64,000 nucleotides of DNA from an uncultured Armatimonadetes bacterium (lineage in GTDB: Bacteria > Armatimonadota > Hebobacteria > Hebobacterales > Hebobacteraceae), in contig OY970296.1 in assembly GCA_963716175.1 (NCBI GenBank), positions 864,001 to 928,000 on the forward strand. The letters are read 5' to 3'. The translations under genes and the position numbers were made by a program. The notes under the pieces were generated by a model that was given only the letters and a program-made list of their open reading frames with translations, was not told the DNA's origin and did no database searches. The stretch's first letter is position 1, and every line of letters starts with the position of its first letter. This document shows positions 48,745 through 56,384 of this stretch, in pieces.

Positions 48745-49827
48745 ATGGACTGCAGCATCCTTGGGGCGAGACGGAGTGCCCTCGCCGGCCTAGTGTGCCG
48801 GATCGTGTGCGCGGCACTGCTGATGGCGGCGTATATTGGCAGTGGGAAGTCTGCTGGGTCTGGAGACCAACAGCCGGTAACAGAACCCCCTTCCCCGGCC
48901 AGAGCAACCACAGTCTGGCGAACGCCAACTCCACCGACTGACCCGGGGATGAGCGATATCTGGGTCAACCCGACTGATGGCATGGAAATGGTGTACATTC
49001 CACCCGGGGAGTTCCTTCTGGGGTTGAGCAGCAGCCAGATTGATGCCTTGCTCAGGGATGATCCGACGGGCAGTGCTGAAGAACTCAGGGATGCGCAGCC
49101 CCAGTGTGAGGTGCACACAGCGGGTTACTGGATTGGCCGGACAGAAGTGACCAACGGCCAGTACCAGCAGTTTGTCGGTGCTACCGGTCACTCTGTTCCG
49201 AGGCATTGGCAGAACGGCAAGATTCCGGCAGGAACAGAGCGGTTTCCGGTCACCTACGTCAGCCAGGCTGACGCCGAGGCCTATTGCCGGTGGGTAGGCG
49301 GACGATTGCCCACGGAGATCGAATGGGAGAAGGCCGCGCGGGGAACAGATGGACGGCTCTTTCCGTGGGGCAATACTTGGGCTGCTGATCGGTGTCGCAA
49401 CTTCGAGACAACGACCGGGGAGCACATTCCGATGCGCTGGGAGACCTGGCTCCCAGCGCACCAAGCCTGGGAGGCTTCTCACGGGCCGGTCCGCGACGGC
49501 ATAGCGGCCGTCGGCTCTTACCCGGCTGACAAGAGCCCATATGGCTGCATGGACATGGCTGGCAATGTCTCTGAGTGGTGCGCGGGGTGGTATGACGCGA
49601 AGGCGTATCAGCGTTACGCTAGAGGCAATCTCGCCCAAGCCAGGACTGGTAAGCATGTGATGGTGCGTGGTGGCGCCTGGAGCCGGTTCAGCCTTATGTC
49701 CTTCTGCACCGCATACCGCGAACATGGTCCCCCCGATTACTATCGGCTTCACGATACCGGGTTTCGGCATGTTCGAGACGTGGCGGCGGCGTCGCATCCG
49801 GACATGACCCGCGGAAAGAAGCCATAG
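48745..49827 (+). CDS. FGE-sulfatase/SUMF1-like (C-type lectin fold) exported protein
   Basis: AGGAGG RBS; MVYIPPGEF, TEVTNGQY, RLPTEIEWEKAARG, DMAGNVSEW, RGGAW, GFR; lacks the FGE catalytic Cys pair. Confidence 0.9.
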   Translation: MDCSILGARRSALAGLVCRIVCAALLMAAYIGSGKSAGSGDQQPVTEPPSPARATTVWRTPTPPTDPGMSDIWVNPTDGMEMVYIPPGEFLLGLSSSQIDALLRDDPTGSAEELRDAQPQCEVHTAGYWIGRTEVTNGQYQQFVGATGHSVPRHWQNGKIPAGTERFPVTYVSQADAEAYCRWVGGRLPTEIEWEKAARGTDGRLFPWGNTWAADRCRNFETTTGEHIPMRWETWLPAHQAWEASHGPVRDGIAAVGSYPADKSPYGCMDMAGNVSEWCAGWYDAKAYQRYARGNLAQARTGKHVMVRGGAWSRFSLMSFCTAYREHGPPDYYRLHDTGFRHVRDVAAASHPDMTRGKKP

Positions 49828-49920
49828 CTGCGTTTCGTGCCTGCTGTAGCGGTTACTCCCCCGTGGAACCGCCATAGCCTTGCCTTGACCAGCTTTCCCG
49901 GTCTATCGTGGGCAACGCCA

Positions 49921-50077
49921 TCTTGCTGGGGGATGAACCCACGTGGAAGGAGCTGGGACCTGGATCTGCTTGGTAATGAAGGCGGTGCTGCTCAGTGCCC
50001 GATGGGCGGGGCGAAGGAGACGGCTGGGCCTGGAGCAGGAGGCGAAGACTTCGGGTGATGGGGCGCAGGTGCAGGCC
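49921..50077 (+). repeat. Diverged direct repeat of about 155 bp, copy 2
   Basis: Aligns with 48306-48461. Confidence 0.85.
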
Positions 50078-50152
50078 GAGAACGGCACCAAGTTCTCGGA
50101 GATAGGGATAGTCTCGCCGGGTTTCTCTGGCGTGAAGTACCATGTCTGGTGA
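50075..50152 (+). pseudogene. Remnant of a toxin-tip C-terminus homologous to the tip ending at 47766
   Basis: AENGTKFSEIGIVSPGFSGVKYHVW* aligns with ADQSSKPFYEFGLSTPGAFAGYYYVR*. Confidence 0.55.
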
Positions 50153-50176
50153 CCCGAGTTACAGATTGCGACAGGG

Positions 50177-50755
50177 GTGCCGTGCATGTATGCCATGACG
50201 ACGGGGTTAGCCTCTCTCCTCTGTCTGGCCTCGGGCGTCCTGGTCCTTCGATACAGACGCCCGCTGGCCCTCTATCTGGTAGAAGCTTACCGGGATCGTC
50301 GCCAGTCTCTGGGAAAAGCCGGGTGGATCCTTATAGGCGGTTGGATGACCTCAGAGGCGTTCGTGATGTTCGAGGTAATCACCGGAGGCATCCTATGTCT
50401 CGTGGTGGGCGGAATGCTTGCGGCTGAGGCCGTATCCGAGGCCATGGCTTCGCCTCAGTGGCGACCCATCGTAGGGGTACATGCTGGTGAGCCCGGTATC
50501 TCCGCGAGACGTTTCTGGAACATAGCGATGTGCGTTGCGTTCTGGGCACTGGCAGCGTGGACGGCCCGCAGCCATGGTCCGACTGTGCGTCGTCTGAGCC
50601 GGTTCCTTGCCTCGCTTGCGCGCGCGAGTGAGAAGACCAGAGGCATTTGCAGCGACCAAGGCAAACTCGACCTGCTTTCGCAGAGATGCGTTCAGGCAGC
50701 AGTCGCACTGCAGCTGATCCTCGGGGCTGCTTTCCTTGTCATGGCCTTCAGGTGA
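50177..50755 (+). CDS. Putative four-TM immunity-like membrane protein
   Basis: Follows the tip remnant; LVLRYRRPLALYLVEAYR resembles ASIRWRKQLAAMAVEYR of 47756..48058. Confidence 0.55.
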   Translation: MPCMYAMTTGLASLLCLASGVLVLRYRRPLALYLVEAYRDRRQSLGKAGWILIGGWMTSEAFVMFEVITGGILCLVVGGMLAAEAVSEAMASPQWRPIVGVHAGEPGISARRFWNIAMCVAFWALAAWTARSHGPTVRRLSRFLASLARASEKTRGICSDQGKLDLLSQRCVQAAVALQLILGAAFLVMAFR

Positions 50756-50995
50756 TGTGGCAAACGGCGATGGGACAGCTCTGGATGGCTTCCCAGCCTG
50801 CGTCCAGGGCGGTGCCTGCTTTGTGGATTCAGGGCGACCAGCGGGCAGGCTGTAGCGTTCGGCGCCTTCTTCGGTTACACTGCCGGCATCGATATTGGGA
50901 TTGCCGCGTGCCCAGCCGCATTCTGGCGGGATCGGCGCGTCATATGCTGGCCTCCCCATGTTGACTTCCTCAGGGTGAGAGGCTACCGTAATCAC

Positions 50996-53899
50996 ATGAA
51001 GCGTAGTCTGCGCGCCGCGCTGCTGCTCTCTGTCTTGGTGCTGGCCGGGTGCGCGCGGCCCGCCAACAGGGAGCAGGCCAAGGCCCTGGCGAGCTGGCTG
51101 GGATCACAGTCGTATTCCACCTGGAGCACCTTCTACTCCCGCGACCGCACCCCTCATCAGCCGGCCAGCCCCGACGGCCTCACCCTGGGAAGTCCGAACG
51201 TGTTCGCCGCCGTCGGCTGCAATCCGAAAGACCTCATGTCCCTCGACGTGCTGTGGGGCGATCGGCGCACCGTGCGGCCTCTGGCCAAGCCCATGACGGT
51301 GGCCGTGAAGGAGGGAGATCGCGAGCAGCCCGTCGCCGACTTTGCCGAGCAGACGCTGCGCCGCCTTCGGCATACCTCCATCGCGGTGTCACAGGCCGAA
51401 GACCAGGGGCTGCGCGTCACCTGTGTGTCCTTCGCGCCCAGGCCGTCGGAGGACAGTTTCCTGGCGCGATGGTTCCTGGTAGAGAACACCGGCCATGCGC
51501 CGCGCCGGCCCAGCCTGAAGCTCAAGCTGGGCGCAGCCGGGGAGTGGAGGCGCCAAGAGGCAGGAGTATGGGTCAAGCAGAGCCTGGCCCTCGTCTCCGA
51601 CACCAGGTTGCTCTCCTCCGGCGACGACCTGGAGGCAGTGATGGGGCGCCTGCGGCCGGGCGAGAGAGCCGCGGCCGCACTGCTCCTGGTCGCCGCAAAG
51701 GAGACCTCGCGCCTGACCCAGCAGGTGGCCCGGGCCAAGACCGAACTCACCCGCCTGCTGCCTCTGCTGGAGGAGACCAGGTCCGACTGGGAAGCCTGGT
51801 GCGCCAAGACGCCCCTGAACACTGGTGACGAGCGGACAGACGACCTGCTGGACTCGCTGCTCTGCCTGGTGCGCAGCCATGTGGGGCCGGAGGCCATCCA
51901 CACCGGGTCCCTCCGCTACCCGCACAACCGCGCCTGGGTGCGGGACAGCTACTGGGTCCAGCGCGCGCTCTGGGAGCTGGGCCGCAACGATGAGGCGCGG
52001 CTAAGCCTGGATTTCTTCCATCGCGCCTGGCGCACCTCAGGCCTCGCCTCCTACTACGAGATTCCGAGCGGGCGCTCTACTGCCTACGGCTACGGCGGGG
52101 TCGAGCTGCCCCATTACTTCGTGCTCATGGTGCGGGACGCGGAGGAGTTGGGCGGGGCGGAGGGGTTAGCCTACTGGGATATGGTGCAGGGGTGCCTGGA
52201 CAAGGCGGAGGTCCCAGCCAGTGGTCTCCAGCCCATGAACGGCGACGAGACCTGGCTGCTGGCGGCGCCGGTGCGGGAGCTGGACGATCTGCTCGATAAC
52301 TCCTGGCTCTTGATCGCCTCCGCGGAGTATGGCGCCAGGCTGGCGGAACGCGCCGGAGACCCAGCGCGCGCCGCCCGCTACGGGGCCATGGCCTATCGGG
52401 CGCGGCTCGCCCTCACCAGGTTCCAGCCCGGGACCGGTGAGCCGGCCTGGTATGGCATCGGGCTCGGAGGCGATGGTTCGCTCGACTTCTCCCTCTGCCC
52501 CGGCGTGTACGCCCGCGGCGTGGTGCTCGATGTGCTCCCCCCCAGTGATTCCTACTTGCAGGCCGGGCTGATCGCTAGCTGGCAGCGGCTCCAATACGAC
52601 CGCGGCCTGCGGGCCCATTCCCGCAGCGCCACCATTGACGGCGGAACCCCCGGGTATGTGCTCTGGGCCGCGGCCCGCATGGAGTTGCCCCTGGACCGCG
52701 ACCTGCTCGCTCGCCTGCCCAGGTTCTGCTCCGCCACGGGAAATGTGTGGGAGTTCCACGACCTCTACGACCCGGCCTGGGGTGGCGAGAAACGCCGGCT
52801 CTGGGATTCCGCCGTGGTGCTGATGGGGATGGCGCACTCACTCTTCGACCTGAGGCGGGAGGCCGGAAGACTTGATGTCTTTCCCAGGCCTGTCGCGCAG
52901 CCCCAGCCCGAGGAAGCGGCGCCATCCGTGTTCGACGCCAAAGCCGCGGAGGCGCTGCTCGCGAGCGCGGGGCCCGCGCTCATCCTGCATGATCACTCTC
53001 CCGACCACGCGGCCCGGGTAGCGCGAGCGCTGCTCCGCCAGAGGAACAAGCAGTACGCCATTGGGGCCTACGCAGGCGAGCCGCCCAGTGATCACTCGGC
53101 GCTGATCATCTCGCCCAATCTCCCGCCCGCGGGATGGACCGCGGCTGCGGGCTACTGGGTGCGCAGCTGGGAGGGGCCGCCTCAACTCTGGGTTCGCAAC
53201 GGCGGGGATGTCTACCTGGACACCGATCCCCTGCTCTTCGATCTGCTCTCTTACCTCCCCCCACAGCGGGACAAGCCGCTCCCGTTCCCAGACGCCAACT
53301 TCGATCTCGTGGCGCGATACGGCGAAGCGCCCTCCGGGGAGGCCGAGGTCACGGCCATCTCCACATCGCAGAGCGCCTCCGGTCACCTCAACCTGGCCGG
53401 CGACCGGCTCTCGCTCAAGCCGGCGGACACGGCCTTCGACGTGCGCGTGGAGTCGGCGCCAGGCAACCTGCTCAAGCTCACCGTGATTGCCCCCGCGGCG
53501 CGCGCCGAGGCGGCCGAGATCACGGTCACGCTGCCAGAGGGGTGGTGGCTGGTCTTCGCCCGCGACATGACCGGCAAGTGGGACCACGTGAACGACCCGG
53601 TGGCCGAGTATCGCCTGCCCGGCGGCGAGATCAAGCTGACCTACCACTTCCGCCCCAGCGCCGACTCCCTCAGCCTCACCTTCGACCTGGCCAGGCTGAA
53701 GACTGTAGGGCGGGTATCCGCTGAAGCTTCGGCGAAGGCGGATGCCCGCCGGCCGTATCCGCACCAGACACGCAGCGCGAGGAGCAGCTACATGGCCGAG
53801 CGGCGGGCATGCTCTTCGATTCCGCTCAGGGTAAACTCCGACATGCCCGCCCTACAAGAACGGCCCGTGGGGTGCAGCCGCGCCTGCCCTTACGGGTAA
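50996..53899 (+). CDS. Large lipoprotein with (alpha/alpha)6 glycoside hydrolase-like (GH15-like) domain
   Basis: Lipobox LAGC; RAWVRDSYW motif; helical barrel. The last roughly 65 codons read through REP DNA. Confidence 0.7.
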   Translation: MKRSLRAALLLSVLVLAGCARPANREQAKALASWLGSQSYSTWSTFYSRDRTPHQPASPDGLTLGSPNVFAAVGCNPKDLMSLDVLWGDRRTVRPLAKPMTVAVKEGDREQPVADFAEQTLRRLRHTSIAVSQAEDQGLRVTCVSFAPRPSEDSFLARWFLVENTGHAPRRPSLKLKLGAAGEWRRQEAGVWVKQSLALVSDTRLLSSGDDLEAVMGRLRPGERAAAALLLVAAKETSRLTQQVARAKTELTRLLPLLEETRSDWEAWCAKTPLNTGDERTDDLLDSLLCLVRSHVGPEAIHTGSLRYPHNRAWVRDSYWVQRALWELGRNDEARLSLDFFHRAWRTSGLASYYEIPSGRSTAYGYGGVELPHYFVLMVRDAEELGGAEGLAYWDMVQGCLDKAEVPASGLQPMNGDETWLLAAPVRELDDLLDNSWLLIASAEYGARLAERAGDPARAARYGAMAYRARLALTRFQPGTGEPAWYGIGLGGDGSLDFSLCPGVYARGVVLDVLPPSDSYLQAGLIASWQRLQYDRGLRAHSRSATIDGGTPGYVLWAAARMELPLDRDLLARLPRFCSATGNVWEFHDLYDPAWGGEKRRLWDSAVVLMGMAHSLFDLRREAGRLDVFPRPVAQPQPEEAAPSVFDAKAAEALLASAGPALILHDHSPDHAARVARALLRQRNKQYAIGAYAGEPPSDHSALIISPNLPPAGWTAAAGYWVRSWEGPPQLWVRNGGDVYLDTDPLLFDLLSYLPPQRDKPLPFPDANFDLVARYGEAPSGEAEVTAISTSQSASGHLNLAGDRLSLKPADTAFDVRVESAPGNLLKLTVIAPAARAEAAEITVTLPEGWWLVFARDMTGKWDHVNDPVAEYRLPGGEIKLTYHFRPSADSLSLTFDLARLKTVGRVSAEASAKADARRPYPHQTRSARSSYMAERRACSSIPLRVNSDMPALQERPVGCSRACPYG
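53703..53894. repeat. Inverted pair of GTAG-type REP elements with nested hairpins
   Basis: GTAGGGCGGGTATCCGC-TGAAGCTTCGGCGAA-GGCGGATGCCCGCC and GGCGGGCATG...CATGCCCGCCCTAC, plus a GTAA variant at about 53890. Confidence 0.75.
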
Positions 53900-54951
53900 A
53901 CCCCCCACTCGCGCACCAGCTCCACCACTCTCGCGTATCTCTGGAAGCTCACCTGCGTCGGGATGGAGTGATCGGAATGGAAGACGTAGCCCCCTGGATT
54001 CGACATGCCAATCGCTAGCTTGGACCGCACCTCCTGCTCCATCTCCGCCTCGTCGGCCCAGAAGGTGCGCACATCCACCCCGCCCATGAAGCAGAGGTCT
54101 CGCCCGTACTCGCGCACCAGCTCCGTCAGGTCCATCCCCGCCTTCACCTCCAGCGGCTGTAGACAGTCGAACCCGGCCTCGATCAACATGGGCACGATGC
54201 CACTCACTCGGCCGCAGGAATGCAGCACCACCGGCCACCCCTGCTGGTGGAAGAAAGCGTTGAGCTGCTTGTGATAGGGGAAGAGCTGCTCTCGATAGGC
54301 GCGCGGTGAGAACAGCAGGGCATTGCGGTAGCCGAGGTCGTCCCACAGCCAGGCGCCGTCGAAATCGAGCCCCTGCTCCAGGTAGAGCTTCGTGAGCCCG
54401 ATGATCATCTCGGCGTCATAGGCGTACATCTCCTTCACCCACTCCGGCTCCTCGGCAATCGCCATCAGCAGCGCCTCCGGCCCCATCTTGCGCCAGGTGG
54501 CTTCGTACCCGGGGACGGCACCCAGGCAGATGTACTTGCCCTGCCGCCGGCAGTGAGCGTGGCTCTCCTTCACCTCCTTCCAGTCTATCCGGCTGGGGTC
54601 CGGCTTCAGGCGGCCCTTCAGCGCGTCCCAGTCGGCGCGGGTCTTGATCGGGAAATCCAGCAGCTCGGGGGTGGAGCGATGGTCCAGCCAGTTCCTCGTC
54701 AGGTCCCCCCATTGGTCACGCTCGATCACGTACTCGTCAGTGCGCTCGATCACCTCTGTCGGCAAGCCGAAGGAGTTATCAACTCCGAGGACACAGATTT
54801 CCAGTCCGAAGTAATCGTCGGGGGAGGCCCCGGCCGGCAGGCCCTCCCGATGCCAGCGATTTGCCGTCGCCTCCCAGAACGACTCGTGGATCGGCACCCG
54901 GTCCGGCTGCTGATGATGCAAGGCCTTGGCGACGCGCTCGCGTGAGGTCAT
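53890..54951 (-). CDS. Uroporphyrinogen decarboxylase family protein
   Basis: GGAGG RBS then MTSRERVAKALHHQQPDRVP; WDDLGYRN, LHSCG, LQPLE, FMGGVD, GGYVFHSDHSIP. Confidence 0.9.
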   Translation of the reverse strand: MTSRERVAKALHHQQPDRVPIHESFWEATANRWHREGLPAGASPDDYFGLEICVLGVDNSFGLPTEVIERTDEYVIERDQWGDLTRNWLDHRSTPELLDFPIKTRADWDALKGRLKPDPSRIDWKEVKESHAHCRRQGKYICLGAVPGYEATWRKMGPEALLMAIAEEPEWVKEMYAYDAEMIIGLTKLYLEQGLDFDGAWLWDDLGYRNALLFSPRAYREQLFPYHKQLNAFFHQQGWPVVLHSCGRVSGIVPMLIEAGFDCLQPLEVKAGMDLTELVREYGRDLCFMGGVDVRTFWADEAEMEQEVRSKLAIGMSNPGGYVFHSDHSIPTQVSFQRYARVVELVREWGVYP

Positions 54952-54992
54952 CCCAATCCTCCGTCTCGTGGGGTAGGTTTCCGGGCTATCGC

Positions 54993-55809
54993 CTACTCTA
55001 TCCCCAGCCAGCGCAGCGCGTTCGTGCTCAGCACCCGCTCGATCGTCTCCGATGACCGCGCTGGCCTCCCGCAGCATGCTGCGCTCCTCCTGCAAGCTCT
55101 CTCGCAGCCCCTCCCCATTGTCCGTGGCCACGCAGTCGCTGCCATAGACCAACTGCTTGTCGCCGAGATAGGCGAAGGCCTTGCGCAGGGCGTCCACCTT
55201 CCAGATGCGGGGCGCGCCGCTGGTGGTGTCGGCGAAGCTCTGCCACTCCGACTTGTAGCCGCTCGCCGCTCGAAACTTCCCGCACACCGCGAAGCACTCA
55301 TCCGTCCAGGGCCAGCTCATGTGCGCCATGGCGAATCGGATCTTGGGATAGTGCAGCATGATCTCGAAGAAGGCCGGCCGGCAGTGCTGGGAGGTGTCGC
55401 TGGTCCCCCACAGGATTCCGGTGTGAAAGAGCATGGGTTTCTCGTACTCCTGGATCTTGGCGTAGCAGGCCTGCGCCCGCTCGTCCGCCGGATACCAGTG
55501 GTTGGGGATCATCTTCACCCCGCGCAGTTTCTTCTTGTCCAGGGCGTAGTCCACCGCCTCCACCGCGTCCGGCAGCGTCGGCTCGATCCAGGCGAAGCCG
55601 ATCAGCCGCTCGGGATCGGGCTTGACCAGGGCGGCGATCTGGTCCAGCACCTTCTTGTGGGCGTTCTTCGCCGGCTTCCCGGCCTGCTGGGCCCGATGCG
55701 GCGGGACCGAGAACAGCACTACCCGGTCCAGCCCCGCCTTGTCCAAGGCCTTCAGGATCTTGTCGCCATCCTCGGTCCCTCTGGTGTGCACGTGCACGTC
55801 AATCGCCAT
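54993..55809 (-). CDS. Amidohydrolase family protein (Amidohydro_2), 1-bp frameshift near 55058
   Basis: IDVHVH, RGVKM, LFHTG, MAHM, VYGSDC; the expected end SSETIERVLSTNALRWLGIE* lies in an adjacent frame. Confidence 0.85.
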
Positions 55810-55819
55810 TCTCTCCTCC

Positions 55820-56263
55820 TCACTTGGTCTCGATCTCCAGCTCTCCTGCGGCTGCCTGCTCATAGCGCGCCCACCGCATCGCCAGATGCAGCCCGTGGAT
55901 GAGGCAGAGCAGGTAGAACAAAGCGCTCCAGGCGGCCTGCCCCAGCAAGGTGAGCACCAGCCCATACACCGCGAAGCTTGCGCCGAAGGCTGCGGTGACG
56001 ATGGCGGCGGTGGCGGCTCCGGGCCCGTTCCTGCCTCGGACCGCCTGCGTCAACCCGAGCCGTTCCAGGAAGAGCGAGATCCCGTACTCGCTGATCGCGA
56101 GCAGCAGCAGCACCCGGGGGAGCAGGCGCCCCACCTCCGGCGGCCCGATCGGCTGCACCGGAATCAGCCGGCCCACCAGAGGGAATAGCACCAGGCAAGA
56201 GGTGTAGATCAGAATGACGATCCAGCGCACCCGATCCAGCCCGCCTGCGGACTCTTGCTCCAT
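55820..56263 (-). CDS. Four-TM membrane protein
   Basis: MEQESAGG..., four hydrophobic helices; tightly spaced to the amidohydrolase. Confidence 0.7.
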   Translation of the reverse strand: MEQESAGGLDRVRWIVILIYTSCLVLFPLVGRLIPVQPIGPPEVGRLLPRVLLLLAISEYGISLFLERLGLTQAVRGRNGPGAATAAIVTAAFGASFAVYGLVLTLLGQAAWSALFYLLCLIHGLHLAMRWARYEQAAAGELEIETK

Positions 56264-56288
56264 GCAGACCCTCTCGCCCGAAACGCTG

Positions 56289-56384
56289 CTAGCCGAGTTT
56301 CTGCAACTCAAGCAGTAGCCCTTCCACCAACACGAATCTCCCCAGCGGCCGCACCTCCACCCCGGCCGGGAAGCTGCGCTGGAA
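56289..56384 (-). repeat. Displaced copy of the 3' end of the ATPase gene (direct repeat of 59108-59206)
   Basis: Translates FQRSFPAGVEVRPLGRFVLVEGLLLELQKLG* versus FQRSFPAGVEVLPLGRFVLVEGLRTELGKLGR*; the stretch CACCTCCACCCCGGCCGGGAAGCTGCGCTGGAA is identical in both. Confidence 0.93.

Noticed and set aside
48745-49827. Diversity-generating retroelement targeting the FGE/CLec protein
   Set aside because: I found no reverse transcriptase and no template repeat matching the 3' region (49660-49780) in the window; the nearby repeats do not differ specifically at adenines.
53890-55965. Novel 691-aa amidohydrolase-UroD fusion protein
   Set aside because: Explained by a 1-bp frameshift; each gene has its own start and natural end.
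55820-56263. Four-TM gene as a Pycsar-like effector of the cyclase-PPR protein
   Set aside because: It lies outside the direct repeat, follows the displaced original ATPase end, has host-like codon usage and shows no cNMP-binding domain, so it is probably part of the native operon.
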